Assembly (NCBI GenBank): GCA_963422365.1
Contig: OY729426.1
Coordinates: forward strand, 2,272,001 to 2,336,000
Reading direction: 5' to 3'
Source of the DNA: Nitrospirales bacterium
GTDB taxonomy: Bacteria > Nitrospirota > Nitrospiria > Nitrospirales > UBA8639
Length of the DNA: 64,000 nt
Part shown: in pieces, positions 42,207-51,849 of the stretch
Numbering within the stretch: the first letter of the stretch is position 1
Layout: each line of letters opens with the position of its first letter
Translations under genes and position numbers: made by a program
The notes under the pieces: model-generated
What the model was told of the DNA's origin: nothing
Database searches by the model: none
Seen by the model: only the letters and a program-made list of their open reading frames with translations

Positions 42207-42389
42207 ATACACATGATCAATGTTTGTTTTCTAGCATGATCTCTAGGCAACGTCAAACAACCGACGGCTTCTTTTCAGTTTTTTGTCGAGCATGTTAAGA
42301 TCGTATCAATTGCTCAGTGAGCAACCGGTTAGCCCTTCTATGGAAATAACTCCATCGTCAAGAGCTACGACACATAGGGAGGATCATTC

Positions 42390-42662
42390 ATGTCGGAGAT
42401 TCAATGTCGAAAGTGTGAACAGCCAGCAGAAAAGATGACCGAACCTCTTTTTCTGGGAAAACTTGAGGAAGAAGTCAAGAATAAGGTTTGCCAAAACTGT
42501 TGGACCGAATGGAATAAACCAGGAGGGGTCAAAACAATGGTCATCAATGAATATCACCTGAACCTTGGTGACGAAAATGGCCGTGCCACCCTCAGGAAAC
42601 AAATGCGCGCATTTTTTAACCTGCCTGATGCCGAGGTAGCATTTAAGGACTATAGAACCTAA
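42390..42662 (+). CDS. Fe(II)-trafficking/oxidative damage protection protein (YggX-like)
   Basis: CWTEW...TMVINEYHLNL...R..L.KQM..FF; GGGAGG RBS. Confidence 0.8.
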   Translation: MSEIQCRKCEQPAEKMTEPLFLGKLEEEVKNKVCQNCWTEWNKPGGVKTMVINEYHLNLGDENGRATLRKQMRAFFNLPDAEVAFKDYRT

Positions 42663-42674
42663 GACGGATTGGCA

Positions 42675-43235
42675 ATGGATATCTCACTTGGTAAAGGCAT
42701 CTTCCTGGCTGCAAGCCCTAGCCTCCGCGACCCCAATTTTCGGCAGACCGTCATCCTGTTGTGCGAACATGGCCCTGAAGGAGCGCTTGGGATCGTCGTC
42801 AATCGACCGACTGAGATCAATATCACTGAAGTGCTCCCACAAGTCCCCATCCTGGAAGGGCAACACCACAGGGTCTTTTCCGGAGGGCCAGTCCAACAGA
42901 ATAACCTCTTGATCTTATATCGTACGCCTGAAGGTCCGGAAGATTCCCACCACGTCTGTCATGGCATCTATCTAGGTGGCAACATGAAAGCCCTGGAAGG
43001 GCTTTTACAAAATCCTTCTTCCTTGGGAAATTTTCGTGCCTTCATGGGGTATTCAGGCTGGGCTCCTGGCCAACTCGAAAATGAAATGCAAACAGGGTCG
43101 TGGCTTACGGTGCCAGCCGACTCCACCGCGATGTTTGAGAGGGACCACAGTCGATTATGGGGAAATATTCTTCGATCTATGGGAAAAAATATGGCCTTGT
43201 ATGCAGATATGCCCATTGATCCGAGTATGAATTAA
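42675..43235 (+). CDS. YqgE/AlgH family protein
   Basis: DPNFRQTVILLCEH..EGALG.VVNRP, GGPV, GYSGWAPGQLENE. Confidence 0.93.
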   Translation: MDISLGKGIFLAASPSLRDPNFRQTVILLCEHGPEGALGIVVNRPTEINITEVLPQVPILEGQHHRVFSGGPVQQNNLLILYRTPEGPEDSHHVCHGIYLGGNMKALEGLLQNPSSLGNFRAFMGYSGWAPGQLENEMQTGSWLTVPADSTAMFERDHSRLWGNILRSMGKNMALYADMPIDPSMN

Positions 43236-43278
43236 TCCTCCATCTCCTCATTTTCCTCATTTCTTAAGCAGCGGTCGC

Positions 43279-43314
43279 AAAAACCGTCAGGTTACAAAAA
43301 ACCGTCAGGTTACA
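43279..43314. repeat. 18-bp tandem duplication
   Basis: AAAAACCGTCAGGTTACA repeated twice. Confidence 0.9.
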
Positions 43315-43703
43315 GGATGGACGATCAGGGAAACTTGCTCCAGGGTCCATTCAGCAACAAGAAGACCACCTCGTTCTCCTCACCTCACCCCGTCAGACAA
43401 TCACCTCGTCGAGACGGCAGAGCGGGTCGGCGTGTTCCTTGCCGTAGCGATGGCGGGCAATAGACCTGTATCAGGTCCACAAATATTTGACGCCTCTTAT
43501 GAGTCGTCATCAATGCATGTCGTAACCTGAATGAATCACAAAGCATAAGCATAGAGGTATAGCGAGCATGAGTTGGGCATCCGGTGAAGTAGTTGGCATA
43601 CTCATATTTCTTCTGCCAAGAGTTGTGACAGCGTCCATCTTCTCTTGGCTTACATCGCATCCTAAACCCAGCGTGTTCGACCGTGTAATTCAGGCCCTTA
43701 TAT

Positions 43704-43997
43704 TTACAGGAATTGGGCGAGCGATGCGGATGGATTGAAGGAACTTCTCATGAGCATCAGCACCATAGTCCAGACGAAGGCCATTTCAGAATCGCAGAGG
43801 GCGAACGGTTGGGAGAGGACTTTGCGGATACCCGCAAAGGGAGTTTCTGCGATTCTGATACCTGCAGGCGAAGTCGAAATGGTAGAGTGTTTGAACAATA
43901 AACCTACTGAAGAGACTAAGGAGTAAATCACGGCCAAGGAACCGACACCGCCGCCGAAGAACGTAAGCATGAATATAAGAATGAAGAGGGAAGGCAT
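43704..43997 (-). CDS. Small membrane protein, possibly truncated
   Basis: GAGG RBS just upstream of the ATG; hydrophobic N-terminal and C-terminal stretches. Confidence 0.4.
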   Translation of the reverse strand: MPSLFILIFMLTFFGGGVGSLAVIYSLVSSVGLLFKHSTISTSPAGIRIAETPFAGIRKVLSQPFALCDSEMAFVWTMVLMLMRSSFNPSASLAQFL

Positions 43998-44020
43998 GTC
44001 GCCTCAACCCACGACAGCCG

Positions 44021-44200
44021 TCAAGCCGCCGCCAGCCCCGCCGCCGCCCAGGAAACAGGGTTAGCGTTGAAGTGGATATCTAAGGGCATCGCGCCGAGTT
44101 CAGGCACGGCGTCGCCAAGGGTTTCGCGTTCCTCCCGCGAGAAAGCCCGTCCACATTTCGGCCAGCAATATAGCGGAGGCACGGTCATGGCGGCGCTCTC
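44021..44200 (-). pseudogene. Relic of a second RM enzyme C-terminus
   Basis: RAFSREERETLGDAVPELGAMPLDIHFNAN aligns without gaps to RAFTPEERAVLADALPTFGETTFDVYLNGN of the intact RM gene (14/30 identical). Confidence 0.7.
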
Positions 44201-44492
44201 CGGGCACAAGGGCATTTCGGTGGTGCCCGCCGCCTTCCCGATCCGAAGACCGGACCGCGCAGAGAGAGCCTTGCATTCTCGAAGGCGGCGGAAAACACAG
44301 CGCAATGTGCGACTCCCGTTCCGGTTTCAGTAGCGCGTCTAGCCGTTGTCCTTGGGAGGCCAGCCACGCCAGACCAGCTGCTCGCTGGTCTCCGCGTCAA
44401 GGACAACGCCATCCAGTCTGGGGGGGGCATTGGGGTCGGCGCAGGCTTTGTCGAGTTGAGATTGGGTCAGGCCAGTTGCCAGATTTCCATTT

Positions 44493-45715
44493 TTACCGGA
44501 GAATTATATGCTTGCAAAACAGTTTCACGTTGTTCAGGTTTGTGTTCTCGAGATTCGCGCCAGTCAAGTTCGCGCCGTCCAAGTCGGCACCAGTCAGATC
44601 CGCACCCCGCAGATCGGTGCCAGTCAGGTTCTCACTCTGTAAGTCCACATATCCAGTCACAGCCGTTCTGATCAAGCTCGCACATTGAAACCGCATCGTT
44701 ATCCAGTTTCACGCCGGTCAGCGGCGCACCGCTCAGGATCGTGCCGGCCAAGGCAGCACCCCTGAGATCCGCGTTCGTCGGGATTTTGCCAAAGAGACCC
44801 GTACCTTTGTTCAGACTGGTTGAACAGAGATCCGAGTCATGCAGGTTCGCGCCTTGCATAGCGGCGCCAGTCAGTATCCCGAAACCAAGAGCCACGCCAG
44901 TCAGATCTACCTTGACCAGAACTGCTTTGGTCAGGTTCGCCTTGACTATTTTTGCGTCGGTCAGGATCGCGCCCTGGAGAATCGCGCCGGTCAGGTCCAC
45001 TTCGTTGAGAGACGCACGATTCAGCTTCGCACCTATCAGAAACGCACCGGCAAGATTCACAGCTTCAAGAGATGCTCTGCTCAGTTCCAGATGGAAGCTT
45101 TCTTTCTTTTCAAGCGCAATTCCGGTCTCACTGCGGAATCCAATCGCCTCCATGACGGCCTGAACGTCCTCGCGGATTTTTAGCTTGGAGGCGGCGCCTG
45201 CCATGAGTTGCGCATCCGGCCGTGCGGTTTCCACCGCGTTGCCGTCTCCGGTTTCGGGCGGACGGCGCGCGAACGCGCAGAACAATTGCATGATCGGGAT
45301 ATGATATTGCTTGGGATGTTCTATGGCCAAGCATTGCAGCGAGTAGATCCTGCCCAGGCGAACTGTCAGAACTCGGCTGCCTCGCATCTCCGCGCCCTTC
45401 TGATAGCGCTCGTTCGGCTACAATTCTGTTGTGCAGTATCGGCTTGTCGTTGGGCCAGATCACGAGCGGTAGCGCTAGAACGGCTGCGATCACCAAACCG
45501 ATATTACGCAGCGTCGTACTGTTGGATTCGGTGTTGTTCCCCTCTTGCAGCCAGTCCCAGATTGTTTGCCAATACCAAGGGGAAAATACATATAGGACAA
45601 CGCAGCCCAAAAGAACTACTAAAACACTCGCCCATAGACGAAGCCGTTCGGCTCGGTCTTTGGCGATCCTGAAAAGGCGATGCCTCTAACGGCGTATCCT
45701 GTCGAAAAGACTCAT
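44493..45715 (-). pseudogene. Membrane-anchored pentapeptide-repeat protein, interrupted
   Basis: ATG 45715, in-frame TAG at 45686-45688, two TM segments, frameshifts around QRQADTAQ/NERYQKGAEM and near 44690; A(D/N)Lxx repeats. Confidence 0.8.
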
Positions 45716-48700
45716 CGGACAATTCTCGGGCTCATCGGACGGTTCCGATCTGCCACGGTCAGTATCGCACCAATCCTTCTCGCCGTATCGGTGAAATGCT
45801 GCACTTCTTCCGGCTTGAGTGACCGCCCAAGAATGCCGTGTTCGCGGTAGGAGAGCCATTTCTTGAGGACCTGGTAGCCGCCGAGTTTGTAGCGCCAGAC
45901 GGCCGCGGGGATATTGCGCCAGTAGGCATTGCCGTTGAGATACACGTCGAATGTAGTTTCACCGAAAGTAGGCAGCGCGTCGGCCAGGACAGCGCGTTCC
46001 TCCGGCGTGAAAGCGCGTTCGACGGCGCGTCCCTGGCCCGGCATCACGGCGGCGCCCACGCCGGAATGCCCCCAGCCGGCGGTGACCGCAAAATCGCTGC
46101 CTGCCATGTTGCGTCCGCCGACGGTGGCAGGGACGGCGATGGCGGCGATGTCCGGGCGCAAGGTCCCGGTCGTGACGCCGGGGACCGGCGTCTCGGGGTC
46201 GAGCAGGGCGGCGAGTTCGCGGCCCCTCGCCGCCGACCGGGCGAGCGTTTCCGCCACGCCTTCGGCCGCGCCGTCCGGCCAGCCGGGGAGCGGGATGCGC
46301 GGCCACTCCATGCGCAGCGCTCCGGCGTTGGCCTCCCGCCAGGAGGGATCGTGCAGGGTGGCGAGGACGTGGTGGAACAGGTCCTCCGCGCTCAGCCCGA
46401 GGCGGTCGAGCCAGTGTTGCGCTGCGCCCGACAGGTTGGGGCGGCGCGCGCTGTTGCCACCATTTCCGAAACCATCGTCCCGAAGCCATGCGGGAATGCA
46501 TGTTGCACCGCGATCCATCAGATCGAGACAACCGATATGCGAGATGACCTGCGGCGGCGACCAATCGCGACGAGGCTTCTGCTGCGTGACCAACCACAGA
46601 TTTCCCTCGAATACATGCGGCTTGTAGTCAGGTACCGGGCGACCAAGCAAACCATGCCCCGCGTCCCAGTAGAGCCAGCGACTATCGAATGGTCGGTAGG
46701 CATGGCGAACGAAGCCGGCATCAATCGGGCCGCCGCGTGCAAGAAGCGTGTCCCGCACAGCGCGAGCATCGCGCACCACGAAGCCCGACGAACTTTTCAT
46801 TGCGGACGGGCAGCGCCGGGCGATCTCGTCGTGACTCAGGCTTGCGTCGAAGTAGTCCGCGATGCGTGACCTGAGCCGGTCGAGATCGATATCGACAAGA
46901 AATGCATCGCGCTTGGTCTGTACCCCCGGAAACGACACCGGGAACAGGTCGGGCAGCGAAGGCCAGCCGAAACAGTCCTCGCTTACGGCCATTGGCTTGA
47001 ACGGCAGGCCGAGTCGAAGATCGGACCCGAATGCCGAATAGCCCGCGTCAACGTCGGGGGCATCGAGGCTGTCCAGCAACGCCTGCCGTCGTTCGTCGGC
47101 CCTCGCCTGATCGAAGTCGCGATAAAGTACACGCCTGCTCGAATTTGAATCGGCGTCGTCGCCGGACCTGGAAAGCAGAACAATGCTCGTACCGACCTTG
47201 ATTCCCGGCGACTGTCCTTGCAGGGTGAACACAGTTTCGCTGGTCCGCCCGTCCGGCGCGTATTCCGAAATGATGCGGTCGCCATGCAAGTTGTCGATGC
47301 GGATGGCGTCGAACGCGTCGAGAAAGCGTTCCCGCATCCCGGTGAAGGACAGCCCGTCGAGCCACGAATAGTTGGAGATGAAGCAGACCACGCCGCGCCC
47401 CGTCTTCTCGGCGATGCGCCGCTCCGCCATACGGAAGAAACGCACGTAGAGGTCGTTCAGCCCCTGGCCCTCGGGCCGGCGCACCCGCTTCGTCGTCCGG
47501 TAGGCTTCCGACAGTTCCCGCTCCTCGTCCACCGCCATGCCGGCGAAGCCGTTATAGGGCGGGTTGCCGAGGATCACGAGGATCGGCCTCTCCTGCTTCA
47601 CCCGCTCCGCCCGGTCGCGCTCCTCTTCCAGTTCGGGAAACGGCAGCGGCTTCTGCACCTTCGGTTCCCAGCCGGTCAGCGCGTTGGTGAGGAAGACGCC
47701 AGGGCGTTCTTCGCCGTTGTCGGCAAACGGCGCGCCGAGTTCCTGCATGGTCAACCCGACCTGTAAGTGGGCGACGACGAAGGGCGCAGGCATGATCTCA
47801 AAGCCGAACACGCGCTCGGTCGCCGCCTGCTTCACCCGTGCGCCGGCGAGTGCACCGAGGCCCCGCCCTTCGAGATTGGCCGCGATACGACGCAGCACTT
47901 CGGCCAGATACGCACCGGTGCCGCAGCACGGATCGAGTACGTAGACGTTCTCCGCCGCGAGTCCGTCCGCGATGCCGAGGTCGTCCTTCAGCGCCCGGTC
48001 CACGCGGGCGACCATGTAGCGCACGACTTCCGTCGGCGTGTACCAGACGCCAAGCTGCTTGCGCAGTTCCGGATCGAAGGCCTCCAGGAACGGCTCGTAG
48101 AAATACGGCACCGCCTCGCCCTGGTCGAGCCGGCTGAAGAACGCAGCGTGGTCCACCCGTTCAAGCGCGGCGGCGGTCCAGTCCAGCACTTCGACCAGGC
48201 CCAGCGGCTGCAGACGGCCGGGGTCGGATAGCTGCTGGAACAGCGCCCGCAGCACCGGCGCGCGCAGATGCCAGACCGCCTCGCGCCAGTTGAACCCGCC
48301 GGCTGGCGACGGGCGCTGCAGCGCCCACAGCACCCAAGCGGAAAACACACCGTAGAACAGCGTCTGCACCAGCGTCGAGCGGAAGAAGCGCGCGCCCTTC
48401 TCGCCTTCGAAACGTACGCCGAGCGCCTCTTCCAGAGCAGCGTGAACCATCGCAAGCGCCGGCGCCTCGCCCGCTGCCGCGACGCGTGCGAGACCGTCGC
48501 GGGCGTAGGAGGCGAGCAGCCAGGCCAGGTCCTTCGGCTCGGCCAGCGCCGCGCGGTGCGACAGCGCGCGGGCGAGATACTCGCCCAGACCCGCGCCGCA
48601 CTCGCGGGCGAAGGCGCGCGGCTTTGCCAACCGGCGGGTGAACGCTTCGGCGTTGTCAGCCAGCCGGAACGTCTCCAGTTTCGTCGGGCGGCCCGCCTCG

Positions 48701-49104
48701 TCTTCGCCCACCAGAACGAAGTCGCGCGTGTTCGTCACCAGCACCAGCCGGTAGCGGCCCCGATAGCGGCTCACCTGATCGCCCGCCGCCGTGAGCCAGG
48801 CATCGTCGTCCGCCGCCTTCACCTCGACCACGCCGCGCTCCGGCGTCTGGCCCTCGCGCGGGCGGCCTCGCTGCACCTGCCCTGCGGCATAAAGGCCGAA
48901 ATCGGGATGTCCCGTACCCTGGTCGGCAAGCTCGCCGACGCAGAACACTCTCGGCTTGAGCACCGCGCCTACGGCGTTCAACAGGTTGGACAACGCCGGA
49001 TAGCTCGACCGCTCATCAGTAGCGCCGCCCGACGCCCGAACCCGCCGCAATTCGGCACAATAAGTCTCTACCGCCGCCGTCAGTTTCGTGTTCGTTTCCG
49101 TCAT
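45712..49104 (-). CDS. Single-chain Type IIG/IIL restriction-modification enzyme (nuclease, m6A methyltransferase, Type-ISP-like specificity domain)
   Basis: PDF...VEVK nuclease motif; LDPCCGTG; GNPPY; YRPFD, GGYQVLKKWLSYR; no helicase motifs seen. Confidence 0.88.
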   Translation of the reverse strand: MTETNTKLTAAVETYCAELRRVRASGGATDERSSYPALSNLLNAVGAVLKPRVFCVGELADQGTGHPDFGLYAAGQVQRGRPREGQTPERGVVEVKAADDDAWLTAAGDQVSRYRGRYRLVLVTNTRDFVLVGEDEAGRPTKLETFRLADNAEAFTRRLAKPRAFARECGAGLGEYLARALSHRAALAEPKDLAWLLASYARDGLARVAAAGEAPALAMVHAALEEALGVRFEGEKGARFFRSTLVQTLFYGVFSAWVLWALQRPSPAGGFNWREAVWHLRAPVLRALFQQLSDPGRLQPLGLVEVLDWTAAALERVDHAAFFSRLDQGEAVPYFYEPFLEAFDPELRKQLGVWYTPTEVVRYMVARVDRALKDDLGIADGLAAENVYVLDPCCGTGAYLAEVLRRIAANLEGRGLGALAGARVKQAATERVFGFEIMPAPFVVAHLQVGLTMQELGAPFADNGEERPGVFLTNALTGWEPKVQKPLPFPELEEERDRAERVKQERPILVILGNPPYNGFAGMAVDEERELSEAYRTTKRVRRPEGQGLNDLYVRFFRMAERRIAEKTGRGVVCFISNYSWLDGLSFTGMRERFLDAFDAIRIDNLHGDRIISEYAPDGRTSETVFTLQGQSPGIKVGTSIVLLSRSGDDADSNSSRRVLYRDFDQARADERRQALLDSLDAPDVDAGYSAFGSDLRLGLPFKPMAVSEDCFGWPSLPDLFPVSFPGVQTKRDAFLVDIDLDRLRSRIADYFDASLSHDEIARRCPSAMKSSSGFVVRDARAVRDTLLARGGPIDAGFVRHAYRPFDSRWLYWDAGHGLLGRPVPDYKPHVFEGNLWLVTQQKPRRDWSPPQVISHIGCLDLMDRGATCIPAWLRDDGFGNGGNSARRPNLSGAAQHWLDRLGLSAEDLFHHVLATLHDPSWREANAGALRMEWPRIPLPGWPDGAAEGVAETLARSAARGRELAALLDPETPVPGVTTGTLRPDIAAIAVPATVGGRNMAGSDFAVTAGWGHSGVGAAVMPGQGRAVERAFTPEERAVLADALPTFGETTFDVYLNGNAYWRNIPAAVWRYKLGGYQVLKKWLSYREHGILGRSLKPEEVQHFTDTARRIGAILTVADRNRPMSPRIVR

Positions 49105-49238
49105 TCTCTCTGTTATCCTCAAATACAAATCGACATGGAAGCCCAGAGGCTGTCTGAAGCCAATCATGGCATGGGTCGCCACCGGTGATCGCCAAACAGG
49201 TGCGTATTCCGGCACAGGGAACGAAGCCGGGCCCACTG

Positions 49239-49256
49239 AAGATGGGTACCCATCTT
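49239..49256. repeat. Perfect 18-bp palindrome
   Basis: AAGATGGGT|ACCCATCTT between the divergent RM and pepM genes. Confidence 0.85.
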
Positions 49257-49327
49257 AACAATGTCTGGCCAATTCTGTTACTCTACATATCTGGTCTCTC
49301 CAACATTTGCAAAATTGTTGAACCCGT

Positions 49328-50962
49328 ATGAGCCACACGGTAACCGCCTCGAAAACTCGTCAATTCAAGACCATCCTGCAATCTGAGCAATTGGAGTTTC
49401 TCTGCGAAGCCCACAATGGCCTCAGCGCCAAAATCGTCGAAGAGGCCGGGTTCAAAGGCATCTGGGCCAGCGGGCTCACCCTCTCCGCTCAATTTGGCGT
49501 GAGAGATAATAATGAAGCGAGCTGGACTCAAATCCTCGACCACCTGGAATTCATGTCCGACGCGACACGGATTCCCATCTTGCTGGATGGCGATACCGGG
49601 TACGGAAATTTCAATAATATGCAGCGGTTGATTCGTAAACTTGAACAACGCCGGATCGCGGCCGTCTGCATCGAAGATAAGCTTTTCCCCAAGACCAATA
49701 GTTTTTTGAAGGGCGAAACCCAACCCATGGCCGACATCGACGAATTCTGCGGGAAAATCAAAGCCGGCAAGGATGCCCAGACTGATGATGATTTTTGCAT
49801 CATTGCCAGAATCGAAGCCTTTATTTGTGGCTGGGGGTTACCCGATGCATTGCGACGGGCTGAGGCCTACCATCAGGCCGGTGCCAATGGCATCCTCATT
49901 CATAGTGCTCTGGCAGTCCCCGACGAAATCCTTGCCTTCAAGCAGGAGTGGGGAGATCGATGCCCAGTGGTGATTGTGCCCACCAAGTATTACGCCACGC
50001 GTACCGATGTCTTTCGACAGTATGGATTTTCTCTGGTTATTTGGGCCAATCATCTCCTTCGTGCGGCTGTGACCACTATGCAGAAAACGGCACAGACCTT
50101 GAAAGAACAAGAAACCTTGCTCCCGATTGAAGATAAAATTGCACCGGTTGCTGAAATCTTCCGACTGCAAGATGCCGCTGAACTTCAAGAAGCTGAAAAA
50201 CGCTACCTTCCACACGGCGGTGACAGTCTGGCCGTTATTGTCTTGGCCGCGTCCCGTGGGAACGAACTCGGCGAATTAACGGAAGACAAGCCCAAAACCA
50301 TGGTTCCGACTCAAGGCATGCCGATCCTGTCGCATATTGTGGATGCGTACAATACCGTTGGCATCAAAAACATTACCGTCGTCCGCGGCTATAAAAAGGA
50401 GGCGGTTTCACTGCCCAATCTGACCTATGTTGATAATGAGGGTTTTGCGGAGACCGGGGAGCTCGTCTCTCTCCTTAAAGCGCTGGAATCAAAAAACGGG
50501 GAATTTCAAGACACCATCATTTCGTATGGTGACGTGCTCTTTCACACGTCCATTCCTCAGAGCCTTTTTCAAGAACCCGATGATTGGGTGATTTCCGTCG
50601 ACAGTGTGTGGGAAGGGAAAACCTCCTATACCCGACTCGGAGGGTTTGCGGAATGTACGGTGCCCAATTCACGGAAAGCCTTTAATGCCAAAATCTACCT
50701 CAAACAATTGGGGCGAGATGTTCCACAACAATCCATTCACGGCGTCTGGATGGGATTTCTGAAGGTGTCAGCCAACGCAGCCGCACAATTACACGGCATT
50801 CTTGAGGAAATGCTCGCCGATCCCACCAACACAAAAGCGGGCATGTCTCAATTGTTTCAGGAATTGCTCAAACGACAGGTCTCAATACGTGTGCTCTACA
50901 CGGTTGGTCACTGGCTAGACATCAATAGTCTCGATGATCTGGTTCAGGCCGGACAATTTTAA
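49328..50962 (+). CDS. aepX: Phosphoenolpyruvate mutase fused to an NTP-transferase (PntC/LicC-like) domain
   Basis: [15 protein letters not shown], PepM signature [11 protein letters not shown]-terminal LAASRG..L..LT..KPK, RGYKKE, YGD, W.DI. Confidence 0.92.
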   Translation: MSHTVTASKTRQFKTILQSEQLEFLCEAHNGLSAKIVEEAGFKGIWASGLTLSAQFGVRDNNEASWTQILDHLEFMSDATRIPILLDGDTGYGNFNNMQRLIRKLEQRRIAAVCIEDKLFPKTNSFLKGETQPMADIDEFCGKIKAGKDAQTDDDFCIIARIEAFICGWGLPDALRRAEAYHQAGANGILIHSALAVPDEILAFKQEWGDRCPVVIVPTKYYATRTDVFRQYGFSLVIWANHLLRAAVTTMQKTAQTLKEQETLLPIEDKIAPVAEIFRLQDAAELQEAEKRYLPHGGDSLAVIVLAASRGNELGELTEDKPKTMVPTQGMPILSHIVDAYNTVGIKNITVVRGYKKEAVSLPNLTYVDNEGFAETGELVSLLKALESKNGEFQDTIISYGDVLFHTSIPQSLFQEPDDWVISVDSVWEGKTSYTRLGGFAECTVPNSRKAFNAKIYLKQLGRDVPQQSIHGVWMGFLKVSANAAAQLHGILEEMLADPTNTKAGMSQLFQELLKRQVSIRVLYTVGHWLDINSLDDLVQAGQF

Positions 50963-50985
50963 TTTCCCAATTTTCTGGAGAAATC

Positions 50986-51840
50986 ATGCAAATCATGACC
51001 GCACACAACGGCGTGCCTATCCCTCACTTCATGTACGGCACGGCGTGGAAGAAGGAGGACACGAGCCGGTACGTCCAATTAGCTGTTCAGGCCGGCTTTC
51101 GGGCCATCGATACCGCGAATCAAATGATTCATTATCACGAAGCCCTGGTTGGAGAAGCCTTGCTCGCCCTGGCGGAACAGGGGATCACTCGGGATCACCT
51201 GTTTCTCCAAACCAAATTTACACCGGTCTCAGGCCAAGACCATCGAACGCCGTACGATCCCATGGCCTCCATCACCAAACAAGTCGAACAATCATTTGAA
51301 AGCTCGATCGAACATCTGCAGACCGATTATCTAGATTCCTATATCTTGCACGGGCCCCATTCGAGATGGGGATTGGAAAAAGAAGATTGGGAGGTCTGGG
51401 CAGCACTCGAAGGTCTCTATCAGGCAGGTCGAACCAAAATGATCGGGATCAGCAACGTCCAAGCCGTTCAACTGCAACGCCTCTGCGAACAAGCCAATAT
51501 GAAACCCATGGTGGTCCAGAACCGCTGCTATGCCGTATGGGGATGGGACAAAGAAGTCAGAGAGCTCTGTCAGGCCTACAACATCAGGTACCAGGGATTT
51601 TCACTGCTCACCGCAAATCGCGATGCCTTACGAGCCCCGGAGGTCGACATAATCGCCAAACGGTTCCAGACGGGGCCCGCCCAAATCATCTTTCGGTTTG
51701 CCCAGCAAGTCGGCATGATCCCCTTAACCGGCACCACCAACCCGCAACGCATGAAAGATGATTTAGCTAGCGACCAGTTCGAACTCACTCCAGAGGACAT
51801 CACACAAATCGAAGAAGTCGGCTGTGAGCACCGACCGTAG
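50986..51840 (+). CDS. Aldo/keto reductase
   Basis: YGTAWK, GFRAIDTA, LQTKFT, DYLDSYILHGP, IGISN. Confidence 0.9.
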   Translation: MQIMTAHNGVPIPHFMYGTAWKKEDTSRYVQLAVQAGFRAIDTANQMIHYHEALVGEALLALAEQGITRDHLFLQTKFTPVSGQDHRTPYDPMASITKQVEQSFESSIEHLQTDYLDSYILHGPHSRWGLEKEDWEVWAALEGLYQAGRTKMIGISNVQAVQLQRLCEQANMKPMVVQNRCYAVWGWDKEVRELCQAYNIRYQGFSLLTANRDALRAPEVDIIAKRFQTGPAQIIFRFAQQVGMIPLTGTTNPQRMKDDLASDQFELTPEDITQIEEVGCEHRP

Positions 51841-51849
51841 AGAAGAGAC

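Larger units (their letters stand above)
43700..49290. mobile_element. GC-rich horizontally acquired defence island with no integrase or transposase seen
   Basis: Visibly higher GC than the flanks; RM gene plus relics; boundaries approximate. Confidence 0.6.

Noticed and set aside
43279..43314. CRISPR array
   Set aside because: Only two adjacent copies, no spacers and no cas genes
43700..43725. Left terminal inverted repeat matching the 49265-49287 end
   Set aside because: Only about 11 nt of gapped similarity and no target-site duplication identified
45712..49104. Full Type ISP or BREX PglX system
   Set aside because: No helicase/ATPase motifs and no brx genes nearby
45838..49188. Long plus-strand ORFs (343, 232, 306 aa) opposite the RM gene
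   Set aside because: Shadow ORFs expected in high-GC coding DNA; no motifs
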